Source of the DNA: Amphiscolops sp. MND2022
Taxonomy: Eukaryota
NCBI GenBank assembly: GCA_964187785.1
Contig: OZ076409.1
Span: 74,836,001 to 74,900,000, forward strand
Length of the DNA: 64,000 nucleotides
Direction of reading: 5' to 3'
Positions 33,467 to 44,500 of the stretch are shown here, piece by piece. A program made the position numbers and the translations under genes. The notes under the pieces are model-generated. The model worked only from the letters and a program-made list of their open reading frames with translations. It had not been told where the DNA came from and made no database searches. Position 1 is the first letter of the stretch. The number at the start of each line of letters is the position of its first letter.

Positions 33467-35879
33467 AAAATTTGAAGACATGTACTCTGATTACATCAGC
33501 CTCATTAGGTGGAATCGACGATAAGCGTGGTTCCACTTTTCTTTTTTTGAAATCAAGTATAATAATGTAACGACAACCCTTCCGCATTCTCTAACATCAT
33601 TAACCACTCATTAACCTTTCAACCGACACCCGACTGACGACTCTTCTCCAATCACGTAAGTAACTACTTTCATATTTTTAACACTCTCCTGCCTACTGGA
33701 ATCTTCGTTTTGCCGTCCACGTCTAGGTGGTCACGAGTATACTCTACAACGGTATTTGCGAGGTGGGGGAGGGGCCCCGAGTCCGAGCCTCCTGTCAGAT
33801 ATCTATCTAGAGTGAGGGGTCCAGAAAAACAGCGATTTTGGAATTGAGCCATACGATTTGAATGAAACTTTGTGTGTAGGTAGATCTCAAAATTATAAGA
33901 ACTTTTTCCCCCTGGCAAAACATGGTTAAAAATCGAAAAGTTGGTCAAAATCACTATTTTAGGTGCCGAAAATGGCGTTTTTTTGAAAAAAAAATTTTTA
34001 AGAGCCAATATCTCGTTCCACAGGCCCCGGATCAAAAAGTGTACAATTGTTTGCACGTTAGGCACTTCATGAACTGTCCGTAGACAAATTTTCGTCCAGA
34101 TCGGATAAAAATTGACTGAGTAATAGCCGGAATTCTGACGCATTTTGTCGACATTTTTCGAAAACCTAGTCTATCTCTGCCATTTTTTGCCCAGATTTTT
34201 TTCCAGGACCTCTCCTAAAGGCCTCCCCTGGCCGGTTTACCTCCCAGAGAAACCATTTGGCCCTTTTGCCGCAGTTTCAGCGTTCCAGGATTCCCCGGGT
34301 AAAATTAAAATGACTTAGAATTTTTTCGAAAAATTTTCAAAAAAAAAATTTTTTTCTTCAGGCCTCCCAAAGTCAGGAAACGTCCACACAACTAGTATTG
34401 CAAGTGAATGCATGTGGAAAGTGCTCGAATAGACGAGAAAAATGAGCTATTATAAACCTCTGTAGCTCAACCTGACGTTGACTTATGACAATTTTAGTGT
34501 GAGCTTGCTATGTGAGAAAAAATTCCGAAAATTGAAAATCGAAGCTAAGTCTCATCCAAAACTCATCGGAATACGTTCAATCCATATCAAAGCGGTTTGT
34601 TCCCAGTTGTAGAGTGCAGCAACACCATTCAAGGTCATTTGACCCACTTTAATAGGTTTTGACTTTGTCTTATCCATCCGAAAATTCGAAACAGTTAAGT
34701 ACATTCCATCTCCCCTCCGTGGGAGATGGTAATGTACTCGCAAAAAGCCAAGTATAACCGCCCTATTCTACCCGTAGTGGTGCTAGAAGAGCAGTAGCGT
34801 GAGCTCCAGGTTTGCAGTAGTCTCTATGTGTTATAATTATATTTTTCATAGCTAAAAATCTTACTAAACGTGATAAAAAAATTACATCACTCAAAATTTT
34901 TTCAAATATTATTATATGTCCCCAATTGACGCACGTCAACTATTTCACTACAACCACCCTACCACCCGGCCCCTCGTATCTTTGTTCAACCGTACACGTC
35001 TAGGTGGGCGGGGGTAATTCCCCAACAAAAAAATCGGCCGGCGGGTCGGGTCCTGCCGGCCGTCCAAAATCAAAATCCTCCTAGTAGAAAACGGCATGTC
35101 AAACGAGCTATTTTTTTATTTAACCATACGAATTTCACCATTTTTTGCATGCGGCCCTGAAATGGCCATACGAGACGAAGTTCCTGCTGACGTTTTGCGA
35201 TGTAAATGTTTTATAAAAAGTTATGGCCGATTTGTCATTCACCTAGAAGGGTAAAGTGAGGAAAATTTTAACAAAGTCGCTGATAACTCAAAATGTGGTA
35301 ATTTTTGGACTTTGACTGTGAAACAAGCTTGGAACCTTCATTTCGTGGCTGGGGCATTGGATTGAACACAAAAGATGTAAAGTTTTTACATTTTTTGAAA
35401 ATTTGACATTTTTGAAATTTTTTTCACTACTATCAGTACCATATATGTCAAAAACACCTCAGAAAAAAATTTTATTTGCTTTAACTTGGAAACCTTGGTA
35501 TCCATGGTTTCTGTCGGAACCTACTCGCAACCAAACAACCAACAGTTTGCATCCAATGTGAAAATAAAAAATTTTTCTGGGTCATAAGCGTTTCACAAGG
35601 ATTTCTCAACTTAGTATTAATTTACAAAATGGTCATTTTGAACACAATATTTTCATCGAGGCTTGTCGGCTATAGCCTTAATGTTCTAGAACGGTCCCAC
35701 TGGCAACGTAGGAACCATTTATAGTAATAGAAAGTTTAAAAAATATATTTTCACCCTGTTTTCAGTCATTTTTCAGTCATTCGGAACTTAACTTAGAAAA
35801 ATTTCGACCAAAATACCCATTTTTTGACAGATCGAAAATTCAAATTCAACTTTTTAAGCAAAATTAGTAACTCTGACGT

Positions 35880-36920
35880 AACCAGTGGGGCTCATGATAC
35901 TCAAAAACACGATTAGGACTGGTACCAATGGCTCCAATATCATATGAGCCGCGATAAGACGTTATTTTGAGCAATACGTCTCAATTGAGGGAAACATCTC
36001 GCAAGCCTGGGATCACAGTTAAAAGTGATTTCGTCAAAAATTTACTCTTTTTCGTCAATCACTATGTACACAGAGTGCGTAGGGTGAGTTTCAGCACTAT
36101 AATGCGGTTTTTGAAGGAATCGGTCTGCTCAAGGGGTGGTATGAGACATTTTTTTTGCATGTAGTACTATATTTCTCAAAACTTTTAGCCCAATATCTCG
36201 AAAAGCTCACTTCGCAAATTACTTTCAGTTACTCTATTCGAAGCTTAGAATATATATGAACACTGTGGTTGATCAGAAACTCTTGACTATTTTGTTTTTG
36301 GAAAAAAACTGCCTTGCATGTGTTACATTAGTGGCAGGAAAAATACCAGTAGCTCCAAAAATCACAATTTTGGACGGACAGACCTGCAATGATGCAAAGC
36401 AAAAACGTTTCAACAACTTCTGGCGCCACTTTTTTTACCCAAGAGGTTCGAAATTACTATTAACAATGCTGACATTCGCTATAAATAAGATCGAGGTCAA
36501 TTTACCAACACTTAGGTTATACATTTATATCTGAGAAACCATTCTTTGTCAGGTCGCAATTTTAAATTCAGTTTGGGAAGCAATACTTTTCACTCTGAAG
36601 CAAACCGTTGGGCCCAAATTACTCAAAAACTACAAAAAGACTGTCACCATATGCCCTAATAGCATATGAGATTCGACCGTATGTTTTTAACACAAAAACT
36701 CTCATCCGAAGTAAACATGTTGAAAGCCTTGAATCACCGTGAGAAATGATTTCATCAAAAAATATTCCTTTTTCGTCAATCTTTATCTACACAGAACACG
36801 TTGTGTCATTTTCAGCCGTGAAATGAGCTTCTACCGTAATATGGGTTGCTCAAGGTGTTGTATAAGACAAAAACTTCCTCTTTTCTACTATCTTCTTCAA
36901 ATATTTCAACCCTTTGTCAC
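35880..36920 (+). repeat. Old diverged duplication with ~720-bp offset (about 35880-36200 versus 36600-36920)
   Basis: Collinear matches: TACTCAAAAAC, CATATGAG, TGATTTC.TCAAAAA, CTTTTTCGTCAATC, TACACAGA, GCTCAAGG.G.TG.TAT.AGACA. Confidence 0.65.
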
Positions 36921-37237
36921 AAGAAGTTAATATTCAAAATCTCTTTGAAAGGTTTCTTTAGGTTGGGGTGAAGTGTTAGAACAATAGTTATGATCGAAGA
37001 ATGATAGTATTGGTGTTTGGACCATGTCCGGATGAACAAATTGCAAAATCATGAAAAATTTCTTACCATTTTTGGTCATTTTGTCAGTACTAAAAATGTT
37101 AGCTGAAAAAGAATTTTTTTGATGGCACCATTGGATTCCTCTCAAAAAGTTAGCTATATGAACTGTGTAATAACCCCGTATCTTTTCAATTTAAATAATT
37201 TTAAAAAGCAAACTTTTTTGACTAAAATCCTAAAAAT

Positions 37238-38580
37238 CATACCATTTCCTAAAAAATTTCAAATGCCCCCCATTTGACGTATAAGAATAGCACAGAAAAC
37301 TATCACATACCGATCGACTCTACTTCCATTGTAGATTACCAGAATTTTGTTTAGAACAATTTTTGACGGATGCAAAAAAAATTTAAACCCTCCAAAAAAG
37401 GGCCAAAATTACACGAAAAAATTGACCTTAAAATTTTAAAATGTCGAAAAATCATCAAAACCACAGCTTCTTGGGGTTCTATCAACTCCACGTGGTCCAC
37501 AGAGTATGTTAAAACAAGTTTTACCCGTATTTGAGCAAGATGTGAAAAAGCCGACTTTTTTGGGAATGAAAAACATACCATTTCCTAAAAAATTTCAAAC
37601 GCACCCCATTTGACGTACAAGAATAGCACAGAAAACTATCACATACCGATCGACTCTACTTCCATTGTAGGTTACCAGAATCTTGTTTAGAACAATTGTT
37701 GACGGATGCAAAAAAAAAATTAAACCCTCCAAAAATGGGCCAAAATTACACGAAAAAATTGACCTTAAATTTTTAAAATGTCAAAAAATCATCAAAACCA
37801 CAGCTTCTTGGGGTTCTATCAACTCCACGTGGTCCACAGAGTATGCTAAAACAGGTTTTACATGTTTCTGAGCTATATGTGAAAAAACCGACATTTTGGG
37901 GAAGAAAAACATACCATTTCTTAAAAAATTTCAAATGCACGCCATTTGTCGTATGAGAATAGCACAGAAAACTATCACATACCGATCAAATCTACTTCTA
38001 TTGTAGATTATCAGATTTTTGTTTAGAACAAATTTTTATGGATATAAAAAATTTTTAAACCCTCCAAAAATGAGCCAAAATAACACGAAAAAATGGACCC
38101 TAAATTTTTAAAATGTCAAAAAATTATCCAAACCACAGCTTCTTGGGGTTCTATCAGCTCCACGTGGTCCACAGAGTATGCTAAAACAGGTTTTGCCCGT
38201 TTTTGAGCAGTATATGAAAAAGCCGACATTTTTGGGGAAGAAAAACATACCATTTCCTAAATAATTTCAAATGCAGGCAATTTGCCGTATGAGAGTAGCA
38301 CAGAAAACTATCACACACCGATCAACTCTACTTCTTTTGTAGATTATCAGAATTATGTTTAGAGTAAAGTTTTATGGATATGAAAAATTTTTATACCCTC
38401 CAAAAATGGGCCAAAATGACACGAAAAAATTGACCTCAAATTTTTAAAATGTCAAAAAATTATCCAAACCACAGCGTCTTGGCGTTCTATCAACTCCAAA
38501 TGACCTTCAGAGTATACCAAACCAGGTATTGCCAATCTTTTGAGCAATATTTAAAAACACCGACTATTTGGCAAGAACAC
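37238..38580 (+). repeat. 336-bp tandem repeat, 4 copies, inside the 4763-bp unit
   Basis: CATACCATTTC.TAAA..ATTTCAAA starts at 37238, 37574, 37910, 38246; the fourth copy decays at its 3' end. Confidence 0.93.
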
Positions 38581-41500
38581 CATAATATGTTCCATATAAG
38601 AAGTGAATCATTCCACATATATACCCGGTCTAATATTTCCAAATTAGCGATAACATTAATACATGATGGTTTTTGAAAGTGAGCTTCATAAGAGGTTGAG
38701 ATGTAATAATACGTAAATGGACCCTAAGTTTCATTGAAATCTCAATGGAATACGTCCAATCAACTTCAATCCTAACTATTATATAACAAAAAACACTTGA
38801 GTACATTCCATCTCCCCATCGGGGGAGATGAGAATGTACTTTTCAAAAGCCAAAAACTTCGAATTTTAAATCTTTTGTAACATTGTATGTAACTGTTGAA
38901 ACGATGAACGAATGAAAATGCTTCTAGTACCTTCATCAATTTTTGCTTCAGCTCCTATTTCTGCAGAACAAAACCAAAAGACACACTTACAGCAGTTAAG
39001 TTCGATTGTATAACTCAGTGAGTAAAGGTATGACTGAGGAAGTTCACAAGTTGTTTCAAAAGTTTCCGGCCTTCCAAAATCATGAAACGTCCACACAACC
39101 AAGATAGCAAGTGAAAGAATGCTGAATGCACCTTATTAGATGAGATAAATAATGTGTGGAACTTGCCATTATCTCAAGATGACGTTGATTTATGATCTTT
39201 TAAGGATAGTTCGATATGTGACCACAATAGTGGAAAACTTATTACTATTTGAAGAACACCGTGGAAAGCGTTCAGAAAGGACAGTATATTTGTTTCGAGC
39301 ATGCATGCGTGTGTTCCTTTGGTGACGTTAGCTTAGTGTACATGACGGAGGTATTCGAGAGATTATGATAGAGTTTACTCACAAGTCTTTGTTTTTTTAA
39401 ACTTTCTATGCCGTTGAGTACATTCGTAAGGTACATCCATCCCCTTCTCTGGGAATGTACGTTTGCCAAATGACTGTCATCCAAAATTCGTAATCCGGAC
39501 GAGTTTAACTACATAAACATGTGATGAGCGTTTTCAATTCACAACCGAATAACATTTTTTTTCTCGAAAATGATGATGGTTTTGATTTTGATGTCTTCTA
39601 CTTTTATCATCATGCAAACGACCTTACCATGTCTCTCTTCTGTCGTCATTTGTACAACGCCACATAGCGTTCCGACGCCCACCGTCTGTGGGCATGCCGA
39701 GGCATGCCCTTCGACGACGTATGCCAAATGAGCCATACCCGCACTCTGGAGTGCGGTAGCGGCTAGGTGCCGGGATTTCCATTCGATAAGGAATTCTGCG
39801 CGTGTGGGTAGGGCCCCTGGCGCGCTCCTGTGTTTTCGGTTTTCCTACTCCTAAATAGGCCCCCTGAATTCCGGGATCTCCTAAACTATCCATACGATTT
39901 GGCTGAAATTTGGCACACGTACCCCCCTCGGCACGGTGAAGATGATTCCCTACTGACGTTTTGCCCGCTAAACATTTTTTGTTGACCAAAATAACGGTTT
40001 TTGGTTGAAAATTTTCAACTTTTTTTAAAATTCATCTTATATCTTGCCCCAGGTTTACGCTAGCGCTTCAAAACCTTGCTGACGAAAGTTTGCAAACTGT
40101 CTCAGGAATGCGGTGTGAAATTTTCAGCTCAATCGGACTTAAACTCGAGGAGATATAGCGTTTTTCCGGAGCGGGGGGGTTTCATTTTTCTAACGGTCCA
40201 GCGTATCTTTGCCATTTTTTCGAAAATGCACTCGCCTAAAGGCCTCCCCTGGCCGGTTTTACTCCCAAAAAAACCATTTGGCCCTAAATACGGGGTTTCA
40301 GCGTTCTAGCATTTTCGGGCGAAAAGTTGTGGGACTTAGAATATTTCAAAAATTTTCAAAAAAATTTTTTCCGTTATTTGGGCCCCCAATGTGGGGGAAA
40401 GGACCCCCCAACCAGTATTTTGAGTGAATGCATGTGCAAAGCGCTTGTTTAGAGGAGAAAAATGTCGTTTAGAACGTCTTTTTATCTTTACTCAACGTTG
40501 ACTTTTGTCGTTTTGAAGGTGACCGTTAGATATGGAAAATTGATGTTTTGAGTATTTATCTCATCTGAAAGCCATTGAGATACAACATGTTTTGCTCAAA
40601 ACGTGTTTCATTGCAGTATCGCTGTCCATTAACACCCTTTGGTGACTTTTGACATATTTTTTTATATATAATATCACTTTTTTGTGCATTTTTTCGTTTT
40701 TTTCTCATCTAATATCTTGAAACAGTTGAGTACATTCCATCTCCCTTCCCGGGGGAGATGAGAATGTACTCGCTAAAGGCCATGAACTACGGCCTATACC
40801 TTCCCGAGCTACGCACTACAATTATTGCATATGCATGCAGACCTTTTGATACATTTTTATCTTTATAGATTGACTGGACAAACTGAAAACTCTGTCCTGA
40901 TTATACAAAGTTACCTCACAACGACACATGTTTACGTCAACGCTCCATACTTTACATCAACGCCCACCGTCCGTGGGCATGCCGAGGCATGCCCTTCGAC
41001 GACGTATAGCCACTCAAACGCGGTAGCCGCTAGGTGCCGGGATTACTATTCGTTCGAGTATGTGGCGCGTGTGGGTAGGGCCCCTGGCGCGCTCTTTTAT
41101 TTCGGGTACACCTACTCCAAATTCACGATGTGATTTCGACGATCTCGTAAACTAGCCACACGATTTGGCTGAAATTTGGCACACGTACCCCCCTCGGCAC
41201 GGTGAAGATGATTCCCTACTGACGTTTTGCCCGCTAAACATTTTTTGTTGACCAAAATAACGGTTTTTGGGGGAAAATTTTGAACTTTTTTTAAATTTCG
41301 TCTCATATCTCGCCACGGGTTTACGCTAGCGCTTCAAAACCTTGCTAACGAAAGTTTGCAAACTGTCTCAGGAATGCGGTGTGAAAATTTCAGCCCAATC
41401 GGACTTAAACTCGAGGAGATATAGCGTTTTTCCGGAGCGGGGGGGTTTCATTTTTCTAACGGTCCAGCTTATCTTTGCCATTTTTTCGAAAATGCACTCG

Positions 41501-44500
41501 CCTAAAGGCCTCCCCTGGCCGGTTTTATTCTCAGCAAAACCATTTGGCCCTAAATACGGAGTTTCAGCGTTCCAGCATTCTCGGGCGAAAAGTTGTGGGA
41601 CTTAGAAAATTTCAAAAATTTTCAAAAAATTTTTTTTCGTTATTTGGGCCCCCAAAGTGGGGGAAAAGACCCCCCAACCGGTAAATCAAGTGAATGCATG
41701 TGGAAAGGCCATGTTTAGAGGAGAAAAATGCCGTTTAGAACGTCTTTTTATCTTGGCTCAACGTTGACTTATGACGTTTTGAAGGTGATGTTTGGAGGTG
41801 TAAAGCAAGTGAATAGTAAACGTTATGAGTATTTATCTGATCTGAAAGCCATTGAGATGCAATATGGTTTGCTCAAAACGTAATTCATTGCAGTTTGGCA
41901 ATCAATCAACACCCTTTGTTGTCGTTTGACATACTTTTTTGTTGTTAAAATAAAAAATTTTGTGTATTTATTCATTTTTTTCTCATCAAATAACTTGGAA
42001 CAGTTGAGTGCATTCCATCCCCCCCTTCCGGGGGAGATGAGAATGTACTCGCAAAAAGCACCGAACTACGGCCCTTACCTTCCCGAGCTACGCAGTATAA
42101 GGATTACATATTGGTTCCGACATTTTCATAGAGTTATATCTTGGTAATCTGTCTGGATATGCCGAAAAATCAGCACGTGCCTTTTAATACCAAGTTGCTC
42201 ACAACGACAATTATTTTATATCAACGCCCCCATATTTATCAACGCCCCCCGTCCGTGGGCATGCCGAGGCATGCCCTTCGACGACCCGCACCAAAATATG
42301 CGTTAGCGCGGTAGCCGCTAGGTGGTTGGGGCGGTCCCCAGAACGCACAAGGAGGCGCGGGGAGGGTCCTGCGCCGACGTAGAATAATTTCATATAATAC
42401 TAGTATCCTACATGGGTGTTTTAGAAGCGATTTTGGAATCTAACCGTAGGATTTTGATAATTTTTTGCATGCGGCCATAACTCGAAATTCTAAGAACTTT
42501 TTCCTACTGTCATTTTCCCCGCAAATTGTTTTTTGTTGACTTATGGCCGAAAAACCGGAAATAACGTCCTTTTTAAACGTTATATCCGAAGTGTCGTCAT
42601 AACTTTTTTCCAGGGCATGCTAGCGTTCTCGTTCACTTTTACACTTAGTTGCAGCATCTCAAAATACAACTGGTGGAAAATTTTGGTTGCATTCGGATCA
42701 CCCCCCACCGAGATAAAAGGGTTCCCCCCTCCAGTTTTACCCCCCAAATTTGCAAAAAAGCCAATTTTGAGCATGAAGCCGAGGATTTAGCGTACCCGCA
42801 CCCTTCTGATGTTTTGTTGTACGTATTAGGGTCAATCTGACGACATGTGTGGTTTTCACCCCCAACCCCCCCTGGGACCGGAAATGACACTTTTTTGTGT
42901 TTTTTGGCAGAATTTAGCCTTTTTCATTATTAGGCAGTCGTTTTAGGGACTCCTAGCAGGATATCGAAATTGAAATACAACCTGATCACAACCCAGTGAC
43001 AACATGTTGGCCACTTGGAGGTAGCATCATGACCGGAAGTGGGGTCAACCCCCCTTTTTGTGACCGCTTTTTGACCTTGTGCACCAAAATGCCAACAACT
43101 TGAGGCCTAATGACGCATTCAAATCTGTACAAAGATAGAATGTTAGACAATCAAAGTCCCGGAAGATCTTTAGCATATACCGGAAGTTACCCCCCATGAC
43201 CGGAAGTTACCCAATGTGACCGGAAATGGTCCAAAAATTAATGTAAAGTTAAATTTTTCACTATTTCAAGACCACTTTCATTCCCAAAACTAGCCTACTG
43301 GCTTGTTTTCCTGAATTTATGGAAATTGATGAGCTCTATCACCCCCGATAGCCTTCGAAGTTGACCTTGCGTCAACTTTGGAGGCTATCGATACTGAAAA
43401 TGAACAACAAAGTACATTGTTGCTCTCGGTTTTTTCCCGTTGTTTTTCCTCAAACATTCTTGAGACATATACATGGCCGTTAGTTGAAATCAATATTTAG
43501 CCCATGTTATAGCTGGAGCAGCGAAGCGTTACACAGACTAGTGTGGTTTTGAAATTACATTATTTAAATTAACAACTGACCGTCTTAGTCAACTCCACAC
43601 ATTCATACCAACGCCCACCGTCTGTGGGCATGCCGAGGCATGCCCTTCGACGACGTATGACGAATCCACTCCAACGACACCCGCAGTCCTCAGCTAGGTG
43701 CCGGGATTTCCATTCGATAAGGAATTCTGCGCGTGTGGGTAGGGCCCCTGGCGCGCTCCTGTGTTTTCGGTTTTCCTACTCCTAAATAGACCCCCTGAAT
43801 TCCGGGATCTCCTAAACTAGCCATACGATTTGGCTGAAATTTGGCACACGTACCCCCCTCGGCACGGTGAAGATGATTCCCTACTGACGTTTTTCCCGCT
43901 AAACATTTTTTGTTGACCAAAATAACGGTTTTTAGGGTAAAATTTTCAACTTTTTTTAAATTTCATCTTATATCTCGCCACGGGTGCACGCTAGCGCTTC
44001 CAAACCTTGCTGACGAAAGTTTGCAAACTGTCTCAGGAAGGCTGTGTGAAATTTTCAGCTCAATCGGACTTAAACTCGAGGAGATATAGCGTTTTTCCGG
44101 AGCGGGGGGGTTTCATTTTTCTAACGGTCCAGCTTATCTTTGCCATTTTTTCGAAAATGCACTCGCCTAAAGGCCTCCCCTGGCCGGTTTTATTCCCAGC
44201 AAAACCATTTGGCCCTAAATACGGAGTTTCAGCGTTCCAGCATTCCCGGGCAAAAAGTTGTGGGACTTAGAAAATTTCAAAAATTTTCAAAATTTTTTTT
44301 TCCGTTATTTGGGCCCCCAAAGTGGGGGAAAAGACCCCCCAACCAGTAAAGCAAGTGAATGCATGTGCAAAGCCCTTGTTTAGAGGAGAAAAATGCCGTT
44401 TAGAACGTCTTTTTATCTTGGCTCAACGTTGACTTATGACGTTTTGAAGGTGATGTTTGGAGGTGTAAAGCACGTGAATAGTAAACGTTATGAGTATTTA

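Larger units (their letters stand above)
22297..33726 (+). mobile_element. Putative autonomous Helitron-like rolling-circle transposon (5' end hidden in gap; 3' end ...CCGTCCACGTCTAG)
   Basis: RepHel ORF and two co-oriented accessory ORFs. The element ends in CTAG at 33723-33726 and is followed directly by GTG and a standard array unit, like the other array junctions. Confidence 0.82.
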
